DNA of 63,693 nucleotides, the filler included, from Craspedostauros australis (taxonomy: Eukaryota): NCBI GenBank assembly GCA_030167865.1. It is 13 parts of 13 records of this genome, joined end to end, with 100 filler letters (N's around TTAATTAATTAA, not from the genome) between each part and the next. Parts side by side here need not be neighbours in the genome. Positions count along the whole stretch, not along the records: positions 48,635 to 63,693 come from JALAGF010003799.1; 12 more parts are not named here. The stretch is one strand, 5' to 3'. The notes under the pieces were generated by a model. The model did not search any database. It was not told the DNA's origin and saw only the letters and a program-made list of their open reading frames with translations. The translations under genes were made by a program, and so were the position numbers. Below are positions 48,535 to 59,456 of the stretch, piece by piece; the first letter of the stretch is position 1; the number at the start of each line of letters is the position of its first letter.

Positions 48535-48785
48535 NNNNNNNNNNNNNNNNNNNNNNNNNNNNNNNNNNNNNNNNNNNNTTAATTAATTAANNNNNNNNNN
48601 NNNNNNNNNNNNNNNNNNNNNNNNNNNNNNNNNNTCAGAAGTTCCCGATCATTCATAAAAATCAACCCCTTCCACTCAATCAACTCTGACCAACTCCGCC
48701 CAAAAAGCCTCAACGCAAGCGCATCGCAAACCTCAACACAAACAGCTCTTGCACACAACAGCAAGCCCCCCGACAGCACTTCACC

Positions 48786-49670
48786 ATGGTCGACACAGAC
48801 TTCATGAAGGACAGGATCCCGCCGGCGTCAAAATGGCGCAACGAGACAGTCTGCATGATGGCCGACATCGACAGGGGATTCAGCGTCACTGACGAGAATT
48901 TCCGCACGGATGAGCCAGCGCCGATCGGAACACCCATCGCCATCGAAAGTGACGTCTTCGTCGGCAAGGTCCTGATCCGCATCCGCGACGCCAAGTCCGA
49001 CAACCAGGAACAATGCAGCAAGTACTTCGACGGCAAGAAGCGGATAGCGCAGACCGTGCTGCAGGGAAAATTCAAGCGGGCAGACATCAAGTTCAACGAC
49101 GTCTTCATCGGGGACGAGTACAGCAAGCGATTCAAGAACCTCCCACCTGACTGGATGCTGCGACCCGTCATTGCATTCTTCGGAAGGCTCGTGCCTGGCA
49201 TCGAAATGGACCTCGCGTCGGACACTCCCAGTGTCTTCACAAACTTTTGCGGCGGCGCGCAGACCATGCGGGTGGACGAGGACGGCGAGGAACCGCCGAT
49301 CGACGCCTTGGAACTCGACGAGGATGTCAAGCTCGCCATCACCAAATCCAAGCACCACACAATTGCCAACCGGCGGAAATACCTCAGCGTGCCAAGGCAC
49401 GGAGCCAAGTACACCTTCGACCCGAACCTCGTATACACCTTTAACGCATACGACAACATCATGGATTACGGCGCGTACAAAATGAAGATGGGAATGCTGG
49501 GAGACACCGCCATGACCATTGCGTACGACGGTCAGCCAGCCGCCATCGGCGTCCGCCTCAAGACCAACAAGCAATGGATCTTCCGCTTCCAGATCTTTCA
49601 CGAAAGCCTCCTCAAGCATTGGGAGGAGGAAAAGAAGAAGGAGAAGGAAGCCGCGTTGAATTCCAAATAG
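48786..49670 (+). CDS. DUF1769-family protein (redundant copy)
   Basis: 48635-50768 is the reverse complement of 40217-42350 and of 43857-45990. Confidence 0.85.
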   Translation: MVDTDFMKDRIPPASKWRNETVCMMADIDRGFSVTDENFRTDEPAPIGTPIAIESDVFVGKVLIRIRDAKSDNQEQCSKYFDGKKRIAQTVLQGKFKRADIKFNDVFIGDEYSKRFKNLPPDWMLRPVIAFFGRLVPGIEMDLASDTPSVFTNFCGGAQTMRVDEDGEEPPIDALELDEDVKLAITKSKHHTIANRRKYLSVPRHGAKYTFDPNLVYTFNAYDNIMDYGAYKMKMGMLGDTAMTIAYDGQPAAIGVRLKTNKQWIFRFQIFHESLLKHWEEEKKKEKEAALNSK

Positions 49671-50267
49671 AGTACGTCGACGACTCCGCTGCAAACTGAA
49701 CGACCGCAGCACGATGAGAAAACATAAAACACACAATAATTCAATGTAAATAGTCCTCTACATGTCAGTCCTCTCGCGCTTCACAAGCCCCAATGCTCAA
49801 TTGTTGATGATGGGCTTGATTCTGGCGGTCGGCGCACGCGCAAATTGAACTACTCCGCTCTGTGCGCTTCAATGTGCACGGCATTTGCATGACGATCGAA
49901 TGCCAAACGCAACCAACTACCTATTGCGATAGCGCAACACCAACAGCAGCGTCGCCGCCCGGTCCTCTCAATGCTCTCAATCAATGTCGTTCCTCGAGTA
50001 GAGCTATGCAATCGGTCTATTTCATGTATCAATCTACCAGTCGAACCCCTGATGATTAAACGGCAGCAGCAGCAACCGCGAACGCAGAGAGACGAACCGT
50101 ACATGATAGCATATGGGTGTAATCGTTCTCTATTCGTATTGTCTAACTTTTAGTGGTCTACATGTGGTGAAGATCGAGGAATGCTCAAGGTATTCGGATA
50201 GCCGGATCCCGTCTGCTCTATACTCGTGCACGGTCACGATCGGGAGGCCAGAAATCGGGGGAAAGTG

Positions 50268-51179
50268 TTAGACTGCAAGGACGCCGGGGCCGCTCTCGAA
50301 TGCGGCGACGTGTCGCTGCCACTTGTCCTGGAACTGATCGAAGCCCTTGCGGAAGTAGACGGACCAAAGGAAGGAAGGCAGTTTGCAGAAGGACATCCAT
50401 TCCTGGCGAAAGGTCTCGACTCCCATGTGGTGGATGAAGCTTCCCATTTCCACTCCTCCCTTCTCCATGAACTTTTGCAATGTGCGTCCCCACTGGGATG
50501 CCGTCATGGCCTGCTTGGATTGGCACAGGATGGATTGCTTTTGGAAGGCGAAGTGATCACGCAGATCGTTGCTGTACGAGTTGTACGTCGCGAAGAGAGC
50601 GGCCTCCTTCTTGCCGATTGCGCCTGGTCGCAGCGTGGAGACCGTGGAATCGATGGTGGAGATGTGGGACATGAGGTTGCGATGCGACTTGATGACGCTG
50701 TCGGATGGGATGTCCGCATGCTCTTGCAGCTTTGGCAGCAGGAAGGTTTCGCTGCTGTCCAGGTGCTTTCGCATGTTGGTAGCGTGCACCGCCCACAGAG
50801 ACTTGATCGCGTCCACTTGGACATCCGGCAGAGCGGATCGCGCGTCGACGCCGCCGAGGATCCTGTTGATGGTTGCGCACTCACCATGGAGGGAGTCGTA
50901 GATCAGCGCAAGCGTATCCCTGCCGCCTTCCCCTGCCTTGGCATTTGTTATTGATGGTGTTGTAGCTGCTGACAGTGATGATGGCGCTGATGGTGATGAT
51001 GGTGCTGATGACATCAAGACTCCCAGTTGTGGGGATGCGAGCGCGGCGCTCGCTTTCGCCTTGGACCGTCCGATCCGTCCAAAGGACCATGCGCTGGCGC
51101 TGACCGAGAGCAAGACCATGAGCAAGGGGAGGCAAGATAGCCACATCTTCTTGGTGTAGGTCATGGTGGAAGGATTCAT
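50268..51179 (-). CDS. Hemerythrin(HHE)-like helical protein with signal peptide and transit-peptide-like segment
   Basis: WLSCLPLLMVLLSVSASA|WSFGR then a Ser/Ala/basic stretch. His spacing H...KH...E...P, H, DHF resembles HHE domains, as does the C-terminal EMGSFIHHMG...LPSFLW segment. Start could be 51179, 51164 or 51146. Confidence 0.65.
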   Translation of the reverse strand: MNPSTMTYTKKMWLSCLPLLMVLLSVSASAWSFGRIGRSKAKASAALASPQLGVLMSSAPSSPSAPSSLSAATTPSITNAKAGEGGRDTLALIYDSLHGECATINRILGGVDARSALPDVQVDAIKSLWAVHATNMRKHLDSSETFLLPKLQEHADIPSDSVIKSHRNLMSHISTIDSTVSTLRPGAIGKKEAALFATYNSYSNDLRDHFAFQKQSILCQSKQAMTASQWGRTLQKFMEKGGVEMGSFIHHMGVETFRQEWMSFCKLPSFLWSVYFRKGFDQFQDKWQRHVAAFESGPGVLAV

Positions 51180-53497
51180 GTTGGTGTGTGAAAGTTGAGT
51201 TTGAGGTTCGTGCGTGAGTGAGTGTTTGTGTGTGCGTGTTTTGAGACTATTGTGCGATTGTTGTGCTTTGTTGCGGTTTAGGTTATGCTTGTGCTTTGTG
51301 CGATTGTTGATTTTATGAGATGAGTGTTGTGGCACATCCTCATGCGGCAGTTCAGATGCACATGGTCGTGGTTGCTCTCGAACATCACGTCCACCAGCCC
51401 CCAGCGAAGCGTTCAATCTTCTGTGGTTTCCGTCATCGTTCCGCCTTTCCTCCCATCCAAATCCGAGCAGTTTTCCAACAATTCGCAAGCGTGTGTACCC
51501 GCGTTCCGTCACCTTCCTTGTTCCGTTTTTTCGTGTCCGTGGGCTTGAAAAGTGGCAGTGGCCAAGGTCAGGGGACACGAGGCAAAATGTCGAACACGAC
51601 CAAAAAGTCCTCACACATGAAATAATAAGTACGGTCTCAGTGACTCGTGACAGGTTCATGGTCGCCGCTGCCAAATTGATAACCTCGTTCTCCTGTGCGT
51701 CATTGCCGAGAACGTGGGGTGAGTTCCAACAGGAGCGATTATCATGTGCTTAGTTTGTCGGAGAGGACATTCGGTGGGACCACGATACCACGTTGCCGCT
51801 CACGATACAGATCACGCACAGCCCGACCGAGCCGCCCTTGGCACGATGTACAGGACCTTCGCGCGCAGAGACTGTGCCCATAATTGTAGTCGTGTTTGTG
51901 CTGGGTGATTGAAACCGGGGGGATCTGCATCACGAATGGGCAGGTGATATCTTCAGGAGGACTGCCGCCTGTGCAGCAATGTTGATCCTCACCACACCAC
52001 CAGTACCAGAGAGGACACTGGAACACCGGAACACTGGAACACCGGAAAACTGCGAAGCACCCCAGGGCAAACAAACATCGATCAATAACTTTGAACATTG
52101 CTTGGGTCAACTTGTGCTCTGATGTGCTCCTCATCGCGCACACGCTCATGATGCGCTGCCATTGGCGATGAGGTTAACAATGTCGGTACTATTGGTGTTA
52201 CTGATGATGCTGGTACGAATCTCGCTGCTCTCACGCTGCTCCTTGGGAAAGCAAGCATTTCTAGCATAGACAGACCATGTGTTTGGGGTGATTGAGAGGA
52301 CTCTTCGACTGCAGCCTCTGCGATAACATCACATGAAGAACATCGAAGTGCGGCATCACTCTTGGCGACTCCATCCGAAGCTCTGGCTCTCTCGTGTTGC
52401 ATTCCTGTATGTCTCTGCCTTCTACCACAGGATGGCGTCGTGGCGGCTTCACCACGTTACACACCATGATGACACGCATTATCACATTGGCGGGTGTGTC
52501 TGATCTTTCAAGTTTTCTCCGCTGAATGACCGAAGCGGGAGAATGGAGCCGGTCCGCGAACAACTTTGTGGGCATTGGCAGGCCTCAAAAGCGCCGACGC
52601 GTCTGGGTGCAAACATATCATCACAGTTACACACCACAACCAGAATTAACACAACCATTATGACTGCTTTGCTACTTTGGAGGCTGTGCATACTTGTGTG
52701 TCTCGTCATGGCACCAATTCAATACAAACGTCATTCCCGGATTTTCTTCGTGGCACAAACCAACGAATAGAGCGGATCAAGAAATGCCATCGGTGAAGCA
52801 CAACGGCTTTCAGTTCTGTCGGAGCTGGTCGTGACCACAGCCCCAACGAGATAACATTTAACATTGAGCGAAGGTGGTCACGGAGAAACTAGAAACGTTG
52901 TGGTGAACGCGCAAGGACCAGGGTGTCCTTGTGTGATCCGTGTGTGTCGCAAGCAATAACTGGTGGGTCCTTGTCAATCCACTCCAGCAGTGGTGCACCA
53001 GAGCACAACTTCTACCAACGACGTCATCAACGCGAGCGCGAACGAAACGGAGCCAAACTCCTCCAATTCGTATGAATACCATGCACACACACCAACAGGA
53101 CCGGAACGAATCTCTTTGTTTTGGAACCAGTTACGACTATCGTTTGTGTGGATCACCTTGGTGGACTTTGTTGAAGAGATCTTGAGGATCGGATGAGCAA
53201 CAGGCGAATGAACGAGCAATGCTCCTCCAAATCCTTTTCTCAACAGTGAGTGTGTGAATGCACGAGCAGAGGAGCGGAGGGAGGGGCGTCCATTTGTTGT
53301 TGATGCAACAACAATACCACAGGGTCCATCGCACTATTCCTCTCTGCGTCTCTCCCTGCATGCGCACAAGCATTTGCGCCTGCGAAAAATAATACCAGAA
53401 CCAGAAAATTCGAAACACACAGTAACAACAGAAAAATCCAAATCAGAACACATCAACAATTTCACAGTACTAAGTCTACAGAAGTTTGTACGCAACC

Positions 53498-54383
53498 ATG
53501 GATCGCAAGCAGCAAACGAGAAAGGCCACAAAGCAGGTCCAAATCGTAACCGACAAAGCTGACGACAGCATGGAGATCGATGCAACAACCCAAGGCACAC
53601 AAGCCCATCAGACTAAGCCACCGCCAGAGCCAGATCCGAAAGCCGATGAGACAGCAGAGCTGGAGAAACAAGGATTGATAGCAACAGCATGGAGAACGCC
53701 CAACGCTTCGAGTTGGAAAAAACTCCCCACGAGTGTCAATGCACAAGCCAAAGGATACACAGCAGACAAAGTCTTTGGAGAGACAGGGCGATCAATGCAC
53801 AACAAGGTAAAACAGGTGCTAACCCAGAAAGCCACTTGGGAAGGCACTGATACCTTGCTTGTATTGGCAATGGTTCCCACAGTCCAAGAGATCACAGAGT
53901 TCTTCCAGGCGGTGAAGGACAGCAGAATCACCAAACTTGGGAAGGCAAACATTTCTCCTGATGATCCAAAACGGACCTAAATCAAGCAGCTGATCGCAGA
54001 TCTGTCTATAACGGATCCTAGCAAAAGCTTTGGTCCCTCAGTCCAAGGACAAGACCAGACAAAAATGGCAAACCAGATGTCAATCTTGTGGGCAGCTGCA
54101 GTCAACTACATGGGCAGCCAATATCAGGAGGAGTTAAGCCCTCCAGAGATTGACCCTGACACTGAGCCCATAGAGGAGGATAGCGACAACAGCAGCCACA
54201 ACCTAGAAGCACTCATCACCAAGCAGCCCCTTTGGCAATCCAATCTCACGGCATACACCACAACGGTCAAACACAGCAAGGCAAAGCAAAGCAAAGCAAC
54301 CCAAAACAGCAAAAGTTGCACCAGCCGCTGTGGCAGCAGCAGGCACAACCGAAGATCCAGGACAGCCTGGCAACGAAGACGAA
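53498..54383 (+). pseudogene. Disrupted ORF of unknown, possibly transposon, origin; truncated by an LTR
   Basis: ORFs 53498-53980 and 54065 onward are in one frame separated by a single TAA; A-rich coding strand; ends at the TGTTGG of the LTR. Confidence 0.4.
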
Positions 54384-55127
54384 TGTTGGAAATCCAGGGT
54401 TATAGTTAGTACTTTAATCTAATCTGCTGTTAGAAACTGTACCGTTTTAGAAATGTGAGCTCAATCTCACTTTCTCTTCCAATTTCAATTTCATAGCAGG
54501 CATCTGTTGTGGCGGCGACATGGGGTGTCCTTGTGTTCCTAGGTGCTTCTCTCTGCATTCATTGTGCTCTGTTCTTGCATTCTTATTTTGGCATCTTTGT
54601 TGTTTGCCTCTGCACATTTGTAGCCATCTTCGTTCACATGGTAGGAATTTGCAGTCCTGTGTGCTTGTCTGTCATATGTTTCGATCCTTGATCCTGTGAC
54701 ACTTCATCACACAATTGGTGTCATCTTTGTTGATGTTCCAAACCTGTGGTTGTTCTGATCCTTTCTGATGTTGGCCACCTGTGGCATGTCTTGTCCGTAG
54801 GAGGGGCACGTGCTGCTCCCCGGAGGGGGTGCGTCACTTGCCCATTGCCCTTGCCAGAGTTCTGGCTGACGTCGCCATCTGCATGGTTGCCATGGTTGGT
54901 TTGGTATTGGGACCTCCTGATCCGCATTTGGTGTGGTTGTTTTATTGACAGAGGACAGGCTACCCTTTCTTCTTGGTAGGACTGATATCAATCACGTTCG
55001 TCCTTAATCATGGTCGTAATGATATGGTATTCAAAGGTGTGACGAATAGTCTCCAAACATGTGACGAATAATATTCAAAGGTGTGACGAAAATGTTGGGA
55101 GGTGCGGCAATCATGGGTATCTTGACA
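54384..55127. mobile_element. LTR-like element, TGTTGGAAATCC family (TG...CA, ~740 bp)
   Basis: Start homologous to 2661, 5588 and 57625; ends TTGACA just before Copia RT homology begins; right boundary inferred. Confidence 0.62.
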
Positions 55128-56669
55128 AAGTCGTACCCCCCGATTCCTGGCACCTCTGGGTGTACGACATGAAGCACGACCTTCGGCACAAGGCAAGATG
55201 CGTTGCAGGAGGACACTTAACAGATCCATGCAAAGATATGGCATATGCTGGAGTAGTCAATCTAAGATCATTCAGGATTGCACTGTTTGCTGCAGAACTT
55301 AACGACCTCAAGCCCATGGTGGGTGACATTGTTAACGCCTATCTAGAAGCATACACAAAAGAAAAGATCTGTTTCATCGCCGGTCCTGAATTCCAAGAGT
55401 TTGGTGGTCACATGATGATTATTGTGAAAGCGCTCTATGGGCTGTGCACGTCTGGAGCACGATTCCACGAGTCACTCGCCGACACACTCCGAGACATGAA
55501 GTTCTTCCAGTGCAAACCTGACCCGGATGTGTGGATGAGGGATGCTGGTAGATGCTGGTAGATGCTGGGAATACCTATGTGTGTACATCAATAATCTGAT
55601 GGCCATCATGGAGGATCCACAGTCATTCTTCGACACGCTCATCAACAAGTACAAGTACAAGTTGAAAGGTGTAGGACCAATCAAGTATCACCTTGGCGCA
55701 GACTTCGACCGAGACAAAGACGGAACCCTGACTATGAGCCCGCAATCCTACATCAAACGGATGCTGGCAAAGTACGAACAGGTGCATGGGGAGCTTCCAC
55801 GGACCTACACCAGTCCCATGGAACACAACGACGCCCCAGAGCTAGACACATCACACGAACTAAACCCTGTAGAGACCAGACAATACCAATCACTCATCGG
55901 CGCCCTTCAATAGTGCATCACATTGGGACGGTTTGATATTGCTGCAGCTGTGATGACTTTGTCTAGGTTCAGAGCCCAACCCAGGATTGGTCACATGGAT
56001 CGCGCAAAATGTGTGTATGGATACTTCCGAAAGCGTTCTGATGCCGCCATCAGGTTCAGAACGGGAATTCCAGATCACGAGCGCTACTTTGAGATTCCTG
56101 ATCATGAATGGATGTACTCTGTGTATGATGACAACGAAGAGGAAACCGCGGACGACGATCCAACACCCAAGGGCAAGGCAGTTCGAATGACGACGTTTGT
56201 GGATGCCAATCTCATGCACTGCAAAGTGACTGGCAAACCTGCAACTAGTGTCCTCCATCTGCTCAACCAGACACCCATCGAATGGTTCAGCAAGCACCAG
56301 ACCACAGTCGAGACTGCAACCTACGGATCAGAATTCGTCGCGGCAAGGCAAGCAACAGAGCAAGTGATTGCAATGCGCTTCGCCCTTCGTGCAATGGGGA
56401 TTCCGCTGAACGGACCTGCCTAGATGTTTGGTGACAACCAGAGCGTGATCGCATCCTCCACCATCCCAAACAGTGTGTTATCCAAACGACACAACGCATT
56501 GGCGTACCATCGCGTGCGTGCCGCAGTAGCTGCGAAGATCCTGCATTTCTGCGAGATAGACAGAACGGAAAACGTAGCCGACGTCATGACCAAGTTCCTT
56601 CCCTGGGCGAAGTACTGGCCGTTAGTGAGGCTGCTTCTGTTCTGGAAAGGAGAGACTCTGGGTGGATGA
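55128..56669 (+). mobile_element. Degenerate Ty1/Copia (CoDi-like) pol fragment: reverse transcriptase and RNase H
   Basis: VYDMKHDLRHKARCVAGGH, GDIVNAYL, KALYGL, DPDVW, YHLGADF, YQSLIGALQ, FVDAN, ETATYGSEFVA, MFGDNQSV, KRHNALAYHRVR and NVADVMTK. A 10-bp duplication frameshift (55541-55560), TAG stops at 55911 and 56421, and YINN in place of Y.DD. Confidence 0.96.
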
Positions 56670-56686
56670 ACAAGACTCCCGACCAT

Positions 56687-56693
56687 AGGGGAG
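56687..56693 (+). other. Polypurine tract of the Copia element
   Basis: AGGGGAG 18 bp after the pol stop, immediately followed by TGTCAAC. Confidence 0.85.
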
Positions 56694-57394
56694 TGTCAAC
56701 ATCTAGATCGAAGTTTAGGCTAACATCACACATGACTGGAAGGTTATTCAACTCGATTGTTAGTATAGTCGAATGAGTCTTGATGATGCATATGGTGTTC
56801 GGGTTCTATTGTCATCGGATATGACGTAGGCACTGACATCAGAGAATGACGTCAGAGGATCGTCACTGAGATCCGAGGAATCAAGATTATGTGATAGCCA
56901 TGGTATGCTGACATGTCTAGTGATGTCAGGTGCATCAGTGAGCACGTGGTAACAACAATTAGGAAATAGTCTTGTGACGTCAGGGATGATGCAAGCAATC
57001 TACTGACGTCGACAGTTGGAATATATGAATCCTATGGGATTCCAAGACCAGCCAAGGCCAGACAAGATTGGACAAGATTAGACAAGATCAGACAGAGATG
57101 TAGAAAGACCCAAGAGGCAAAATAGCACAAGATACTGTGATGAGCAGACAGCATCCTTGGGCAACAAAGTAGAAAATATGCATGATGTAACACGAAGACA
57201 TCGAGCAGATCAGTAGGAAGACCTGATGGTGAATCAGGCAAGATCGTAGAAATGGTGCATGAATGCACCAACTTAGGATGAATGAGATCTTGTGCTCACA
57301 AATCTCAACAATCATCAATTGAATACACCACAAACTTAGCAACAACAAACACCAAACATAGCAGATTCCACCTGACGGATTGATCACCCTGACG
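56694..57394 (+). mobile_element. 3' LTR of the Copia element (right end approximate)
   Basis: TG start directly after the PPT; internal 10-bp repeats GACAAGAT.. at 57061-57090; end placed at CCCTGACG ahead of the transposase fragment. Confidence 0.65.
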
Positions 57395-57454
57395 GCGTAG
57401 TAAGTGCAGTGTTTGGTGCCCTGTCCTGTATTGAATTGCTGATTATCAAGAACA

Positions 57455-57624
57455 TGATACGAACACCGAATGAGCTCGATGGGCCCGCACTCGAAAGCTT
57501 CAAGAGCAGGGCACATTTGCGCTATGAGACCTTTAATGAGAGACTGAAGTTCTTCAGTGTGCTGGAGACCACTTTTCGACATCGCAAAGAAAAGCAGAAG
57601 CATGATGTTGAAGCCATTTGTGTC
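57455..57624 (+). mobile_element. PIF/Harbinger-type (DDE_Tnp_4) transposase C-terminal fragment
   Basis: FKSRAHLRYETFNERLKFFSVLETTFRH...EAICV fits the R..E..N.RLK.F..L...FRH motif around the catalytic Glu; cut by an LTR start at 57625. Confidence 0.7.
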
Positions 57625-57830
57625 TGTTGGAAATCCGGGGTTGATAAAACGATAATGAAAACGAGGTGAACTTACTGAACGCCAAAGGGTGATCAATCCG
57701 TGGTAGTGCAGTAGGTTGGTGAGTTTGAGTGTGTGAATGTGTCTTAGTCTTTAGAGCTGTAACGAATCCAAATGAGACTTTCAAAAGGATTGTGAGCATG
57801 TGATGTGCAGCATCCATTATAGTTGGATCT
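57625..57830. mobile_element. LTR fragment, TGTTGGAAATCC family
   Basis: Begins TGTTGGAAATCCGGGGTT like 2661 and 54384; interrupted by the next LTR. Confidence 0.5.
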
Positions 57831-57855
57831 GTGTCGAGATGTACATGTGATTATA

Positions 57856-58628
57856 TGTCGAAATGTACGTGTATATGTGCATCGTTCACCCGTTATTCTC
57901 TCATACGCACTTGGACGGTATAACTACATTCGTGTCAATAGTATTCTGTGATTCGTCAGAATTACAGTGGAAATGGAACACACGAAAATGAGCAGAATTT
58001 CTGGAGGAAATTTGTAATCAACGATTTCTGACAGAATCAGGAATATCGTCCGTCCATCCATCAATGGTACCAAGAGAATCTCGAGGTACTTCCCAACTAA
58101 ACCTCAGATGACAATATCATCTGACAGACTGCTGCATCACCAATGGAACGTGACATCTGGAGAGCAGAAGGACGCCTACTGACGTCGACAGGATATCAAC
58201 ATGTCACCACATTGACATCTGTCTCCAAGTCAGAGCAGGAGGCGAAGATCTGATGACCAAAGGGCATCAAGATCATGGATACAGGAGATGAACTTCAAAT
58301 GGTAAGTACTCATGGAGTAGGAGCCAGTAGTGAATGAACGGAGTGTCAAATGCGGAGTACGCATCGAACACGGAGTATCGTGTAGCACGAGTACACGATA
58401 TTGAGACAGAGAGAGAATACGAAGAGCAGCGAGAGAGCATCTCGCGTACCGACTCATAGTCGGAGATCGAATCTACAAAACAGATTGAAGCACCGAGAGC
58501 ATCGGGCAAGAGAATGGGCGTACACCAAGAGGATCAGAGTACCAACATAATGAAATAGCAAATAGAACGACTATCAACCAACACCATCTTCCACGATCGT
58601 AGGTTTCCATGAGCGGAACTTGCCAACA
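57856..58628 (+). mobile_element. Solo LTR-like element homologous to 8099-8797
   Basis: TGTCGAAATGT...GGAACTTGCCAACA with shared internal blocks. Confidence 0.72.
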
Positions 58629-59456
58629 CATCCAACAAGCGAGCACAAGCAGATCGGCAAAGGTACTCAAACATGTCGACTGTCTTGTGACGAGTATCGA
58701 GCGCTTTGTCAGGAATGTTGGGAGTTTCTCTGCTGCAACTCAAGGTTTTCTAAAGGGAGTAGTTGACACCAAACATGACAACTCTGAATGACTGTCAGAG
58801 AATATCATGATACTAGAATACTTAATGTGTGATAGGTTGAATGGAATCCCAACTTTCTGCCGAGTGTCCCAGGAGAACGAGTTTTGGGATCATACAGGTC
58901 AGGCCATCTGTCAGTTGACCGTTGCGGTCATCTGGTCTTGCGCAATGACTCCTACACGCCAACGGTGTAGCAGTTACGTACGTGAGCATGTGTCAGCAAC
59001 AGAATCCTGTCAGAGCAGGAGAGAACACACAATTTCAAGGACCACAGCTCGAAACAGCAACAACAGCCACCAACGCTAGATAGGATCGTCTTCTGTGTGT
59101 CTTGAGGTCTCTCCTTTGCAGCATCTACCAGCTCGCAAGCATCAGAATTCATTCTCAGGCAATTGTCCGTTGGAATGCAATTTCGAAGGAGGAGGAGAAA
59201 CAAATTCAAAGGAATCGAGCGAGTCTATCACGACTACTCTTCATGTTAAATTGCCACGGTAACTCTCTCCCAAGCCCGCGAATACTGTCTGCCGATGGAC
59301 GACGAGATCCTCTCAAAACTACGGTTGCACTGAACACCCAATGAAGAGAGTGATTTTGTCATCATCCGTAAGGCGGCCTGCCCAAACCCTTCAAGATCTT
59401 GATTTGGTGTGGAACCGAAGGAGGAATGTGCTCGTACCTCTGCTCCCACAGGCCGC

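Noticed and set aside
40217..50768. Triplicated DUF1769/hemerythrin cassette or large inverted repeat
   Set aside because: The same 2134 bp sits at contig starts next to linkers, which indicates assembly overlap.
51180..51674. N-terminal 165 aa of the 468-aa ORF at 50268-51674
   Set aside because: It is CA-rich UTR or promoter-like sequence, and the signal peptide lies just after Met at 51179-51146.
51742..52149. U-box or zinc-finger-like fragment (PPEDITCPF, CARRSCTSC)
   Set aside because: Too short and inconsistent with a full domain to support a call.
56694..58768. A single 2-kb LTR bounded by TGTCAAC...GTTGACA
   Set aside because: The interval contains a transposase fragment and separate LTR families; a 7-bp match is weak evidence.
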